A stretch of DNA of 64,000 bases from the human T2T-CHM13v2.0 reference genome, Homo sapiens (GCF_009914755.1 NC_060933.1), one strand, 5' to 3'. Shown: positions 14,745-29,534, counted from the first letter of the stretch. A program made the numbers and translations. Notes: generated by a model not told the origin, from the letters alone.

Positions 14745-16651
14745 ACCTGAATGTCCTCCAGTTTTTCATTTGCAAGTTCATAGGTTTATTCAAAAATTTT
14801 GATGTTGCCTATCCTGTACTACAATTCTCAGGTTCACAGTATACTCTTTAAATATGTGTTCTTGGTTTTTTTTCAGGAACTTTTTTTTTTTACTTAAAAT
14901 TTTTATTTGTTCTGTTCTTCTGCTTTAGTTTACTTACTCAGACATTCCTATCATGCATAGAATAGATCATCTTTTCTGACCTGCAATCTTTTTTGGCATG
15001 CTTTCATTTCCTAAAAGGATGTTATTCTTATTCTTATTCTAATTTTTAAATAATAAGTTTGTACAGGCTGTGCTCTTACTACTTTTTTGCTCATTTTTAT
15101 CTTTTCTGTAAACTTTTAGGAGGAGGCTTGGCCTAGCTCTCTCTCCTAACTTCACAAAGTTCTCTCTTCTGTTGTTTTAAGGTAGTTTCAAACACACGGT
15201 GGCATACTTTCTGAAATTTCCTGGCTCTGTGCTTCTTCTCCACTTTTATTTAGACAGTTTTTCCCCTTTGACTTCATTTTTTCGGTCCAGTTCTATATTG
15301 ATTCACTTCCATCAGTCTTTCTTCAGCATGGGGTGCTGTCAGACAAGGGAGCTCCTTCCGTTCAATTTTGAGAATTCACTAGGTCTGAAACATTCCAGTC
15401 CCTTTAGATCTTCTTACTGGGTGCCACTTGTATCAGTTTGTGATTGGAGTACGTGAAACCCATCTTTTTCTAGCAGCTATTGTCAAGTTAGCCAACTGTG
15501 TCTTCCAGGGAATACCTTTGACTCTATGGGGATTCTCCTATTACAAGTCTTCAGTCTCCCCAGTGGTTTTCTCTGCTTCTTGCTGCACAGATGCTGAAAC
15601 CGCATAGGTCTTGTGGTTTCTGGTATTTTATTCTCACCTGCTTGTACTCTGCTGTAAATGTTGTCTGTAGATTTCTGTTTTCACTGTCTGGTTGCTATGT
15701 CATTTTACATGAGGGTTTGGAAAGATCCAATAGTATGCTTCCACTGTCACTCTGTCTTCCGAAAATTCTACACTGTAGTACTTAGCACATTATTGGCTTA
15801 CATTACGTGCTGGGTTAAATCTAATAGAATAACAAAGTGAATGATCAAATAAGAAAATTCTCTATAAACTATAAATCACCATCAAGATATACTGCTATAA
15901 GTTATAACATGCAAAAACACACAGGTTAATATATGGTATAGCATAAGAGAAAATAAGGCATATGGATGAGGGATGAAAGTATTAATTGTTATTTCTTAGT
16001 ATGAATTTAACAAGGAAAAAATTGGTAGATGTTCCAGGAAGTCACTGTTGGTCAGACCAAAAGAAGGACAGAATTTTGTCATTAGCATCACCTTCCTTTA
16101 CTATGGATCTACGTATTCAAAATCATCCTGGCTTAATGGCAAAACTAACAGACCTTGATTTAGGCATAGACAAGGATCACTTAACTCTAAGTGTTCTCAT
16201 TAGCCAAGTGCTCAAGGCCATTTGTTATCAACCTTATCTTATCCCCAAGTCTTACAAATTGTCTAACTACCTACTGGTCTCCTCTTAAAGGGAAACACTG
16301 TTTGAGATTTACTCCCTTTTAATCTACACTTTAAAGGTTTCCCTTCAACTCCTGTAATCAGCTTATATAGGTCAGTCGTAAGATCCCACATCTGAGCACC
16401 AGTTTCATTAAAAGATCAACTTCATAAATCACAATCAATGGGAATAAACATAAAATGAACAAAGAGCTTTTTTTTTTTTTGGTGGAAATAACTTCAATTG
16501 AAAGAAATGCTGCTAAAAGATCTTGCAACATTGCTCTGTTTTCCTCTAGAATTTACTATTTCAATAAGAAATCTGATGTTGATCTGGGTATGTCTTTCTG
16601 TGACTGAAATTCTCCCCCTGTCTCCTTTCTCCTTTCTTTTCTTTCCTATTT

Positions 16652-16652
<1 letters not shown>

Positions 16653-16714
<62 letters not shown>
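16653..16714. repeat. Compound (TG)n(GA)n microsatellite
   Basis: Direct read. Confidence 0.95.
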
Positions 16715-16724
16715 TTCAGAGAAG

Positions 16725-16990
16725 GTAGTACAAGGTTTGGAATTAATTGGACATTAGTTAGAGTCCCAGTAAAACCATTTGTGAATTTTGTGAACAAGAG
16801 AATTTAGTTAATCTCTCTAATCCTTAGTTTTCTCATCAATTAAAGGGGAATAATAAAATATCTAATATTCAGAATGTTGTGAAGTTCAATCATGCATTTA
16901 AAGTGATGAGCAGCATATAGCACAGAGCAGACATTTAGGAAAGATTGGCTATTAGGAAAGATGCTTTATTATTATCATTACTATTAGATT
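16725..16990 (+). mobile_element. MIR
   Basis: Core ttaatctctctaatccttagttttctcatc and tattattat tail. Confidence 0.65.
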
Positions 16991-17079
16991 TGATCTTTAG
17001 AATTCAGAAATCTCCCTAGAATATGTCTCAGTATAGATCTTTTTTTGTAAACATGAATAGCTGGGCAAAATCTCTCATT

Positions 17080-17275
17080 TTTTAACATATCACAGCATTT
17101 ATCACATTTTATTGACATTATCTTTTTATTTATCTACACTCATGGAATAACTGAATGCCGTAGGAAGACAAGGAGTATATCTACCCTGTTCACTACTTCA
17201 TCTGAAATACCTAGCACAGTGCCCTGAAGACACGTTCAACAATAAATATTCACTGAATGAATGAGTAAATGAATT
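17080..17275 (+). mobile_element. L2 3' end
   Basis: cctagcacagtgccc...caataaatattcactgaatgaatga. Confidence 0.7.
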
Positions 17276-18275
17276 ATTTTTCCCCGAACATCTAGATATG
17301 AAGAATGAGATGCCTTACATAACAAATATGGAATCCCTGTAGCGCATTTGTAAGTTAATAAATTGGCAGTTGGTTTATACATCTGTGTCTTGCAAGATTG
17401 ATTATTATAAGTAAGTGACCTTTGAGTAATTGATTAAATCCAGTTTCTCACCCTAGAAAATCCAGTCAGACCGCGGTCTCAGGTAATATACTAAAAATAT
17501 ATGGCTCTGGAGGCACTGTGCAGTTCTTTGGCTTCCTTCTCTCTGTCATCTTTACTATTAGTAACATCCTTTTTGAAATTCAGCCTTCCCAGAAAGGAAA
17601 TTCTGCAGCTATCCACTGAAGACCAGTTGCATGTACATAACAGCAGCATCACTTTTGGCTACTTGTGAGCACACACGAATAACCAGTAAAATGAGACCCC
17701 AGCTTAGCAATTCTTCAGTAAATGAATGGAAAACCATGCTCTAGGCAGTTATTGATATTACTAAATGGCTCTTGAAAATTGTCCGCTGAAGCTGAAAGCA
17801 TACCTTATTTCTTCTAGGCCTTACATTTTCTTTAACTCTCTTTTTTGTACTTCAGTACTATATGTTCCCTTGCTTAAGAGGGATAGGCTTTGTAAGCAAG
17901 ACAGCAGCACTCTGGATACACCTTTCCATATGATACTTGAAGAAAAAAAGTTAACTTTAAAACTGCAGCCCATAGAGATAAATACAAATAGTGAAGGAGG
18001 AGTTCTGAAGCTCCAGTAGTTAAGTAATATACTTAAGATGGCAATACTATCAATCTACAACACAAACTCACACCAGCTTAATCCAATTTGTCCACAACAG
18101 CACATCACTGAAATGGAGCTAGAATTCAAACCTTTTGATTCTAAACTCATTCCATAGTATCACGTTGCCTTGAGAGATGGAGTGAGAAAATGCCATGAAA
18201 AATAATAATCACATAAAAGTGAAATGCTCAGTTAGGTTAGACACAAATGTAAGGCAACAAAAGTGACCTACATAC

Positions 18276-18610
<335 letters not shown>

Positions 18611-19231
18611 CTATTTATGTATGGTGAGGGGTACTGTGTACTATTTATATAAGGAAAAAAATTAGTGGGATGATGGTGATGATGATGATGATTCTGCTAC
18701 TAGTGTGCTGAAACGTCAACATTTCCCCCCATTAAATGGTGGGCTGCATACTGAATAATTCCTTCCAAATCCCACTGCAGGAAACCTGCATCTCTAAGCT
18801 TTTAGGTTTATCTATTATTCATGCTGCTTGTTTGTACAATACTATTGATTATTCACTGTTTGACCAAATAGTAAGATGATATTTTGCTCTCAATGAAAAC
18901 TCATGGCAAATGCTTGAATCACCAAAATTAGATGTGGAGAGCAGGCTTGTGGAAAGGGTAATTCAACTGGAGAGAGGGTAAAATATGAAGAATTAAATAA
19001 AAACTCCTTTAAATGTGGATGTTTTTCAGTCCTCAGGAGTCCTGTGAAACTCACGCTACATCGTGCTGCAAGACTATGAATACTTATTATAAAGGAAATT
19101 CAGTTTACCTTGAAATTTATAAAATAATATAACTGAGGAATTGGTATTTTTGTAAATATAAGCAAGGTTAAACTTTTTTGATATGTTAAAAGAAATTTTA
19201 GGTATGTGGGCCAAATGTCATTTTCTTTTTG

Positions 19232-19233
<2 letters not shown>

Positions 19234-19271
<38 letters not shown>
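19234..19271. repeat. (CA)n microsatellite
   Basis: Direct read. Confidence 0.95.
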
Positions 19272-19273
<2 letters not shown>

Positions 19274-19810
19274 ACTTTAGCATCTCACTTTTTGTAAAGG
19301 CAAGATTTAAAACACTTTAAACAGCAAGAAACTTGAGCTTTCTCTTTTGATTTTAATTTCAATAATAGAGCATGAGCTGTTCAGGAGGTTCAAGTTTCTA
19401 TTCTTATAATAGTTTTCTACACAATATAAGGTACATATGTAAGCTATGCTAGTATAAGTTTATATAAGACCTCCTAAAACGGTTCACTGAATAGCAAAAA
19501 AGAAAGAGGATTCCTCCTGGAATGAAATACATGTTTTGCATTTTTTGTTAGTTGAATTTTTTTTGGCCATTGCCAAAACGTATCCAACAAAAATCTCATG
19601 CTTGTTTGCAAGGCAAATATTAGAATTATTGTACATACATATGCCCATGCCTATACACATTTCACACACATATATATACACACACACATTATAGAAAAAT
19701 GTGATTGGTATATTCTCATTTTATATATGTGATGTCACTGATGTGCATGATTTAAAAGATATCTTGTCAGCTCTGAACTTAAAAAAAAAAGCAGAGCAAT
19801 TAAACTTTTC

Positions 19811-19829
19811 TGGCACTAGAGGTCGCTAA
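19811..19829 (+). promoter_or_regulatory. Candidate CTCF site
   Basis: TGGCACTAGAGGTCGCTAA versus core CCASYAGRKGGCRS (2 mismatches); CpG retained; GCAAT about 12 bp upstream resembles the ZF9-11 module. Confidence 0.55.
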
Positions 19830-21779
19830 AACCAGATTACAGATACAGTGACTGCACTTCTAAATCCACAGGGAGGATAGCTAATTTACAATCCAATATG
19901 TAGTGGTAAAGGATCAAAGTAAATTACGTTCAGGAATATCTACATTATAACACAAAGTATTGCAAAGTTCAATTTTTTCAGTGGGAATCAACAAAATTGT
20001 GGGTTTTTCAAATCAAATTAATAATAAGGAAAATTAATGTTTCCCCTAATTTTAACAGCTGTATATATTTAACCAAAATGAAAGCGCTGGACCTTAAACT
20101 TGACTGTTTATGTGTTTTGCATTTCAAAGACCACACAGGAACAAATCGTCGAATAAGTAAATTGTTTGTCAAAGCTTTGCTTTTTTAGTATGCCTGGCAA
20201 TAAACATGTTAACAGAGTCAACTGGAAGAAGGGGAGGGGAGTGACCAATAATGTGTGTGCGGATATTGCTGGTGATGCTGCCAAAGTGAGCATAGGAGGC
20301 AAAACAGAGTTATGAGTTGTGCCTTAGAGGAGAAGCTTTGCTTGGCAGTCACTGACTGCTGAGCCGAACTCTGGATTCTCTGTTTCTTAGCACAGGAAAG
20401 GTCCCGGTGTTTTGGTTGTGAAAAGCCACCCATTTTCTAAAGCTGCTCCCTACATTACACAGTTGTACCACCACTTGATTTTGGAGAAGCACATCATTGG
20501 TTCACTCCCTTCAAACAGGGATTCTTTCCATTTGTGAATCTCACTGCTATCTGAGCCAGGTTTCTGAGCCCCAAAGATAGTGGAAACTATCTGTGCATAG
20601 GTACTGAATCTTTAGAGTGCATGGCCTGCCTGATAATTTTCTAAAAGGTCCAATGGCTTCTTTAAATACCAGCATGGTTTGGAAGTCACATAGTTCCCTG
20701 GTCAATTATGTTCTAGATGCCATGGGAAAGAATACATATCTTTTTGGGCCTCAAACTTCCTGAACATTAAGTAAGATCACTGGACTATGGGGCCTTAAAT
20801 ATTATAAGTCTAATGTTCAATGAACTTACATGAGTCCTGCCTGAGAAGAAGAATTTCATGATTGACATCTGCTAAGAACTATTAAAGATGTAATTTTAAG
20901 AAATGTGCATACTGATAATGATTTGTACTTCTTAGTTTATTCTCCATGCAAAACTATTGGCCATTCTGAAATATTATGATATTTTCTAAATTTGGGGAAA
21001 ATATACTTTGTTCGTTCACTCTTTGTTTGGAAAACCTAGTTGGTTATGCCTTGAGACCCTAGTGGTGACATCTTTAATGAGAATAATGAAAAAAATTGTA
21101 ACATCATATATCTTCTCCTTTGCTTCAAAATCCAGAAGGACATTTGAAGTGCTTGAGGGCAGAAATCAGCAATTTTCATGTCACCAGTCCCTGGCTCATG
21201 GCAAGCACTCAGAGTGTGTGTTTGATGGGTTCATCAAAGAAAGAGTAGGTTTGTTTATTAACAACATGGTTTTGAGGATCCTGAAAAAGTCAGTTTATGG
21301 AATACTTTTGTTATAAGTCAAAATCTAACTCTTGAATAAGCCCCTGGCTTCAGTGAGGAAACAGTGAGCTTTAGTGATCCTTAGGATAGGAGAATGGTTG
21401 AACGACCACTTAAGTGGTGAAAGATGAGAAACAGTAGCCAAAAGGAGGCTATCACAATTTTTTTCTCTCTTTTTCTTTCTGCCTTCTTATACTTTAATGT
21501 GCTAGCCCATGAATCAAATGAACAAAAGCTTTATTTTACAGACATTTTGAATCAAAATAACTGACTCTAAATTGTAACTCTAGAAATGGCCATTTAATTG
21601 TTCTGCCTGTCCTTTAGAATTATGCAAAAACTAAATAATGAAAACTAACAATGCAGAAAGTTTACTCAAATTCAATATTCAAATATTACTAATTTAACCA
21701 GTAGCTATAATCCTTCCCTAGAGTATCTTCTCAAAAGAAAAAATATTATGAGCTGGTAACCATGCTGGAGCTGTTTCCT

Positions 21780-21995
21780 TTCATGCATTCTCCCTCTCTC
21801 TATTCCACAAAAATTGTTAAGGGCACGATGCATACCAGGTACCATGTTAAGCACAGAAAATACAATGATGAACTAAACAGACACTGTCTTTCCTTTTCAA
21901 AGGTTATTGTAAGTCAAAGAACACCACTGGTCAAGTAAATAAGCAATAACGATGAGTGAGATTTGTGTCAGAACAGAGGAAGTATAGAGTATATA
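21780..21995 (-). mobile_element. L2 fragment
   Basis: Antisense L2 3' end (tgcataccaggtaccatgttaagcac...). Confidence 0.55.
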
Positions 21996-22061
21996 GAACC
22001 CCAGTCACACAGCTGCCTCTTTTTTTTTTTTCAGTCAACTTGTCAGACAGAAGTTACTCCA

Positions 22062-22421
22062 TAATATGGTTTGGATTTGTGTCCCTGCCCAAATCTCTTG
22101 TCAAATTGTAGGAGTGGCCTGGCGGGAGGTGATGATTTCCCCTTGGATTTCCCCCTTGCTGTTCTCATGATAGTGAGTTCTCACGAGATCTGGTTGTTTA
22201 AAAGTGTGTGGCACGTCCCCCTTTGCTCCCTCTCTCACTTGCTCTGCCTTGGTGAGACGCGCTTGCTTCCCCTCCCCTTCCGCCATGATTGTAAATTTCC
22301 TGAGGCCTCCCAATCATGCTTCTCTACAGTCTGTGGAACTGTGAGTCAATTAAACCTCTTTTCTTCATAAATGACCCAGTCTCGGGTAGCTCTTCTAGCA
22401 ATGTAAAAAGGGATTAATACA
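22062..22421 (+). mobile_element. MSTA/THE1-type solo LTR
   Basis: taatatggtttggatttgtgtccc...ggattaataca. Confidence 0.9.
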
Positions 22422-25400
22422 CTCAGTAAATATTTGATGAATTATATGCATGTTGAACAATTGAGACTGAATAAAAACAATCATTATTTCAGAAGAAAGG
22501 GAGGCATAGAAACTTGAAACAATACCTCTAAAACTGAAGAAAAGTAGGCAGGGTCCTATTTTAAGATACTCAACCACCAGTTTACATTCTAGGCACTAAA
22601 ATTCCCATTCTGTTTTCTAAGCTGTTGAAAGCTGGAGCAACAGCTCAAGTGACGATAAAAGAGATATGAGGCGATACAAGATCAGGTATTGGGAAAAACA
22701 AAGTTTTCTGTAGCTCAAACTGTGTGCCAGTGAGGTGTTTATACAAATTCTCCAGAAAGATATATATTGATTTCACTATTTTAATACGAGAGACTTACAG
22801 GCAAAGGGTACTCTACTTTAAGAGAAGAGAGGTGCAGGAATGTGCGTCATATAATCTCACAGAAAGATCTTTTGGTCTAAGACAGAGAACAGAATAAGGA
22901 AAATCTCATGATGTGGGTAGGAGACATTATAAATTTGTGACCCATCAGTGGCTGAGTTGCTCGTGTTAAGTCCTGGCCATAACTATGCTGGCTCTGATAA
23001 GCTGCCAAAGCAAGGGACTTCCACAAATAAGACAGTGTATAAATTTAAGGTATTAAATCCTTTTTTATTTCATTTTAAAATCCTGATTTCTCTTTTTCTG
23101 ACAGCACATCCCATAGTTCCTTCTGCCTTCTTGCTACATTAGAGAGCAATAATGAATGTCGAGTTTTGATGGGTACCATGAGGACCCTTCTCTATAGTGC
23201 ATAGTCCATGTGGGTCTTTCTGATATGATTGATAGTGGCATAGAAGCATTCTGCATATAAAGATTAATTGCTTCAGCAATTATCCTTTACTGAATGGTTG
23301 ACTATAACTCCACACTTTTGACTCCTACTTAAGCAAGCAGTTCCTTCATTGGGTTAATTTATTTTCTCCTTCTCTTTTAAACTAATAGTATATTTCCATG
23401 TTATTTTAAATCTTTTACTTTAGATAAAATGTTTCCTCTTGCCACTCTAAGTTAAGATTTGGGTAAGACCTTCATAAGTCATAAGGAAAAGGATGGATTA
23501 AATAATTTATGTGATTTTTTTTCTTATCAGTAACTCAGAAAAAGTATTCTTCTGGGAAAACTATAAATCAAAGTGGTCAAGGAAACAAGGGAGGTGTTGT
23601 AAGGTTCGCTGCCAACTTTTTCCTTTACTGAAGACACCACCTTACTACTACAAATGCATCAACACTATACAGCTATTTTCTAAATTTAATTCTCTCAAAA
23701 GTACTATTAAGTTGAACTAAATCCTGATGACATACTAGAAGTTCAGAGAAACTGCATACAAATTATTTTCAGTTCATTTACAAAGGCCAGAGTATGAGCA
23801 CAGGGACAATCTTACTTTTGAAAAGTGAAAGGCAAGCTTTTACTTAAGATTATTCCTGATGAAATACCCTAGGGCCAAGGTTAGAATTTTTCAACTTGCT
23901 CTGCAAAAACAAAACAAAATAAAATGTCTCCATGTTCTCTTGATAAGTAACTCTCTGATAGCTAAAATAGGAATTTTTCATTTAACATTTTCATATGAAG
24001 TGGCTTTGAGCTAGAAGAGATATCTATTGAAAACACAAAAAAAGTTACATTTAAAAACAGCAAATACATGGAAGCATTAGATTCTGAAAATATTAAACAT
24101 TTTGCATCTGGATTATCTATATCTGTACATGGAAGATAAAGAAATTGATTTTAATTAAGATCACACAGAAGAACAGACAAAGCAGGAACAATAAAACCCA
24201 TATCTATTCTCAGAGCACTAAATCTTAACCGTACTATTTTTATAATATGCTTGTGCTTTAAAACTTACAAATGGCTGCCAGTGGCATCTGTTGTATAATG
24301 TTATTTAGTTCACAAAGATAAATAAATGCATGCAAAAGAATTTCTAGCTGCCTTTCAATCGTTTTTAAAATAATTTATTTCATTTCTTTAATATGTAGTC
24401 ACCACATGACAAGTACAAAGCATATTATTATTGACTAATATACATTTCCATGATTGATAGGTTAGCACTTTTATTTTGGGCAGCTTTTTACATAATTTAG
24501 GTATTTGGGGACTGTTTCCTCTCAAATTCCATCTCCCACCTGCTCTGGTATGGCAGGTCAACAATCCATCTTGGCTCATTGCTTTGTTATCTTGACACAG
24601 TTCAGATTGCAAAACATCTGGAGCTATTGATGACTTCATATATTGCAAAACCATGTGTTTTCCCCTGAGGAGTATTTTTCATTCTGTTTTAAAATATGAA
24701 TCACTTCTGAAAGGATGGCTCACTGATTATTTAACTTCAAGATAGTCAATGAGTTTATAAGCCAGAGACCCCTTCATTGTGCTGCCACATTCATGGTTAG
24801 AGGAAAAGAGTGTACAATATCACCTGTCAAAGTCAATTGTATGAATCTTACAACACATTTCAGAACAAGTGAATGTAGGCCACAGTTTTTTTCTGATTGC
24901 TTTTTCTTAAATTGCACAGGAAAATTTTTCTAATGTACATGTTATTTTCACTCAAATATGCTTTCAACATTTAAATTTAACTAGAACCTGATGCAAAGCA
25001 TACAGTAACCTGATACTGACTCACAGATGGCATGTTATAGAACCATTGCTCTATTATTTCACCTCTATCTCTCTCCCTCCCTCCCTGCTTCTTACTATCC
25101 CTCTGATGCACTTGTATATATAGAAAATATAGGACAAAAAAGTGTGTTTAATGCCTTTTTTCTTCTCTCTACACCACTAAAGTTAAAATCTTCTAAATCA
25201 GTTAATGTCAAAACTTCTAACTCATTGTTTTGTTTCATAAGTGTATTTTAAGTCAAATGGAACCTGACAGTAAATGACCTTAAAATGATGTACAGATTTT
25301 AATAAAAAATGGACTTGGCTATTTTAATAGAAGTGTTCAATATAAATTAAAAGTGTGAGGCATAACTTAAAAAGAGAATGTTGCCACTGGAATCAAGAAA

Positions 25401-26017
25401 CTTGGTAGCTTCCCTGTACTCGGTCTTGCTCAAATCCAGAATAGCGCATAATATCAGTTAAAGGTATGACACTTTAAGTTCAATATTTGAGCCTATTCAT
25501 TGGTATTTAACGTAGAGGGTCTTTTGTGAGTAAAATTTTTTTTTCTTTGTAACAATGGACAGCTTAGCAGCCAAAATAAGGTTTACAGGAATCTATATTT
25601 TGAGTCTATGTTAGAAATAAATATTTAGCAGTTAGAACAGCTTAGCACTATGTGGCTACTCCCCACAACCACAACTGGTTAAAAGAAAACAAAATGACTT
25701 CATGTCAGGAATGTGGAAGAGGAAGATGAGAAAATTTTCAAAGGCCTCTGTCTAGCTCTTTCTTCTCCAGATCCATCACAGGCCTACTTGCTTTCTTACC
25801 CTGATTTTATTACAAGTTACAGGTGAACAGCTTCAGATTTCTTTTTATCATTGTGTATTACTTTTAAGGGAATTAGATAAACTGTGTACATTTCTTTCTA
25901 GTTTTACTGTTCCTGGGTCCTGTGATGTGGGACATTTCACCAATAATAATGCACACAAACATAGTCAAGAGCGCCTTAACATAGCGGCTGGAATTTTCAT
26001 ATATGATCTTGGTAGTA

Positions 26018-26018
<1 letters not shown>

Positions 26019-26061
<43 letters not shown>
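26019..26061. repeat. (TG)n microsatellite
   Basis: Direct read. Confidence 0.95.
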
Positions 26062-26063
<2 letters not shown>

Positions 26064-26743
26064 TATATTGCTACTAAATATATATGAGACCAGATTGGAT
26101 AGTGAATCAGTTGACGTTTATTTGAAATTTTGGAGAGAGTAGGAAATTACAGTAACAAAAATATTTTCAAAAATCTAATCTGTAAGGTAATACTAATAAG
26201 ATTTTAAAATGTGTGTTTATATACAGAGTCATAATGTCTAAATCTACAAGTAATCTTAGAAGCCTTGTATTTCAGTCCTATCATTTTATACATGAGGTTT
26301 TTGAGGCTCAGAGAGGGGTTTGGCCTTACATTATGTAATAGGCAGAGTTAGAAACGAAGCTGAGACTACAACCAATTTGTTTCTCTTGATCCCAAGCCCA
26401 TATGATCTGAGCTGGAAAGGCGTGAACTGACAGTGCTCAAATACAGGCAGTGCAGCCAGATGCCGGGCTCTTATAGGACTTTAGAAGAAATTTCTAGATA
26501 GGGTTGGGGGGTTAGACCATATAGTATCCAAGGTATGCATTCAAATCATAAGATTTTATGCATCAACATTTGAAATTAAATTGTGGTGAAGAGGAAGACA
26601 GGCAGAAGCTCCATAAAGATAGCACGCTGAAAATTTTAAAGCTCCTTATTCAAATAATAGCAAAACAAAATCATTAATTTTCCAGCTCTACAATTGGCAC
26701 TATTTCCTGCTTTAGAAAAGGAAGCCATCAACCCTTCCCATAC

Positions 26744-26870
26744 TCCATTGTCTCTCATAATTATGCATGTTATTAAACAAGTGGTAATATAAGAGGCATG
26801 GAGTGAACATCATTTTATTGGCATCATATAGTTACAAGAACACATGTTGCCAAAAATCATTTCCATTCAG
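26744..26870 (-). pseudogene. Possible transmembrane exon: EWK*FLATCVLVTI* / MMFTPCLLYYH
   Basis: Very strong acceptor cttctttgtttcttcag|, phase-1 start; K*FLATCVLVTI* ~ ENG KGLVLPAVLGITFG; needs a frameshift; donor |gtatgg. Confidence 0.4.
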
Positions 26871-27539
26871 CTGAAGAAACAAAGAAGTAAGAGATCTGCA
26901 AACAAAAGTAGTCAGCACCTGGCAGGCATTCAGAGAAATTATCAATAAAAGGAGGAGGAAAAAAATCCACTTAATTCCATGTTATGCAAAAACAAGTTTA
27001 GAAGGATGCATATTATAAATGAAAACCTCAATACCATTACTTATTGGCAACATTAGGAACATTTTCAATTGTGTTTAAACTCAATTTATTGTCATACAGT
27101 AAGTTGTTGAAATGTGATTGCTATACATTTTTAAACCAAGTTTGAATTACATCAGAGGGAATTTGATATTTTCACAGTAACTTATAGTCATATTTTAGTT
27201 TTTTGAATGTTGGAATGAGGAATAATTGATGATTCCTTACTTGATTCCTCAAGTTCCCTGCTTTGGAATCACTACTCATACACCATTACTTTGTTTAAAA
27301 AAATATATATATATCTTACAAGCCAGATCCTGCAAGCTCTGTCCAGTGGTATGGCATTAATGACGAAATATTTTAGTTGTGAATTCTGAAGTGACTCTTC
27401 AATGGAGTCCTTAGTTCAATTGTAAAAATAAATGAGAAAGCAGAAATTTTCATTAGAAACTCAAAATGAGACTGAATGTGGAATCCAAAAAGAAATGACC
27501 TTTCGTCCTCAGAAACCAAAATGTCAGTGCCTTCCTCCC

Positions 27540-27700
27540 TTCATTCATTCACTGTGCATTACTTGATCATCTACTATGCACCAGACACTGTGTTATGTGC
27601 TGAGGATGCAAGGGGTGATGGCAGTGGATAGTGTAGTCCCAGAGGAATAGCATGCATGATAAAAGGGAAATGATAACAAGAGTATGAGAGAGGTTGTACG
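27540..27700 (-). mobile_element. L2 3' fragment
   Basis: ttcattcattca...tctactatgcaccagacactgtgtta. Confidence 0.65.
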
Positions 27701-27967
27701 TCAGTATGTGCCACATTAACTATGTGTTGTGACAGTAGATCCACACTGTATCACAATTTGTACTGAGAAATTTGACAAAGAATAATAAGTAGAGAAGTAG
27801 TAAATTCTGGTAAACAAAAGTAAAAGTATGATGCAAAACTCTCCTCTTTTTTCTTTCCAACAGTGAAGAATTTGTTACTTCTTTGAAAGTCATCCTAGCA
27901 TCATGGGAATTAACTTAGAGTAGTGAATAACAATAGTCCATTCTTCTGCCTACAACTTTAGAAAGTA

Positions 27968-28304
27968 CAGTCATGCATCACTAAACAAAGGAAACATTCT
28001 GAGAAATGGAAGTTGTTAGGCAATTTCATCATTGTGCAACCTGCAGAGCACACTTACACAAACCTAAGATGGCGCAGCCCCACTATACACCTAGGCTATA
28101 TGGTATAGCCTGTTGCTGCTAGGTTACAAACCTGTACAGGGTGTTACTGTACTGAATCCTGTATACAACTGTAACACAATGGTAAGGATTATGTATCTAT
28201 ACATATCTAAATGCAGAAAAGGTACAGTAAAAATATGATGTAATCTTATGGAGCAACTGGCATATATTCAGTTATTGAACAGAAACATTTATGAACTGCA
28301 TTAT
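27968..28304. mobile_element. Tigger3a/MER7-type DNA transposon
   Basis: TA + cagtcatgc terminus; internal ctaggctatatggtatagcct hairpin typical of the family. Confidence 0.85.
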
Positions 28305-28391
28305 ATTTTATGAAGATAATTCAACTTCTGGTGCTCAACTTAAGCTAAGATGTGTTGAAGGACACTGTCAGTACCTAAAGAAATGAATATA

Positions 28392-28712
28392 CAGTTGTCC
28401 CTTGGTATCCATGGGGAACCGGTTCTAGAACCCCCTCCCTTATAACGAAATCCCATATATGAAATAGCATTGTATTTATATATAACCTGTGCAAATCCTC
28501 CCATATTCTTCATATAATCTCTAGATTACTTATAATGCCTAATACAATATAAATGCTGTGTAAATAGTTGTTATACTATATTTTTAAATTTTATTATTTC
28601 TATTTGTATTTTTTAATACTTAATATTTTTTTACTTTTATTTTTAAAATATTTTCAACCTGTGATTGGTCATCTCTGTAGACATGGAATCCACGGATATG
28701 GAGGACTAACTG
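28392..28712. mobile_element. MER2 (Tigger-family) DNA transposon
   Basis: TIRs cagttgtccct...tatcc / ggatatggaggactaactg. Confidence 0.85.
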
Positions 28713-28926
28713 CGCTCTTTGCTTTTAAGCAGACAATTGCTAAAAATAAGGTACTAAGGGAACACAAACCCCAGTGCCAATACTCTTTCTAGAGGGGAGG
28801 GGTTAGCAAAATCTACACTGAGGAAATAACATTTGAATTGGGTGTGGAAAGATAAGTGGAATTTCACAAGACAAAAGAGAAAGTAAAGGACATTCCAAAT
28901 AGAGGGAACTAGATGTACAAAATCAA

Positions 28927-29289
28927 TGTCTTAGTCAATTCAGGCTGCTATAACAGAGTGCTATAGACTGGGTGACTTAAATAGTAGAAATTTATTTCTC
29001 AGAGCTCTGGAAGCTGCACAGTTCAAGATCAAGACAGTGGCAGATCCAGTGTCTGGTGACAGCACTCTTGGTGGATTGCAGATGGTCATCTTCTTGTTGC
29101 ATCCTTATGTAGTGGAAAGAGAGCTCTGTTCTCTTCTCCCCTTATAAAGACACTAATCCCATTCATGAAAGCTCTGTACTCATAACCTAATTATCTTCGA
29201 AAGTCCCCACCGCTGAACACCATCTCATTCGGGTTTATAATTTCATCCTATTAGTTTTGGAGGGGGACACAAACATTCAGTACATAATA
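28927..29289 (-). mobile_element. MLT1A-type MaLR LTR
   Basis: tgtcttagtc...gctgctataaca...ggggacacaaacattcagt. Confidence 0.85.
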
Positions 29290-29534
29290 ATGTGAAATAA
29301 AATTAATTGTTTTTTAAAAAATCAATGTTCTTTTACACTGTAACTTTGCAGAGGCAACTGTTGTTCCCAGTTTCTTGTAAGGAGAGATTGGTGTGTGTTT
29401 ATATTTTGTTAATTCATACAAATTTACCAAGTCCCTTTATGTACACAGTAATGTGTTAGATTTGAAGAGAACACAAAAGAAATATTAGATGGGCATTTTT
29501 AATTGAGAAGCAAACCATTTAATTGCAGAAAGAA

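Noticed and set aside
25930-26010. ENSS...ALLTMFVCIIIG as the cytoplasmic or TM exon
   Set aside because: Phase mismatch, weak acceptor, and no S/T-rich HSIGSTQSTPCS-like tail; the cytoplasmic exon was not found
27318-27420. Minus-strand segment YFVINAI with a strong donor
   Set aside because: No intact acceptor and not hydrophobic enough for the TM exon
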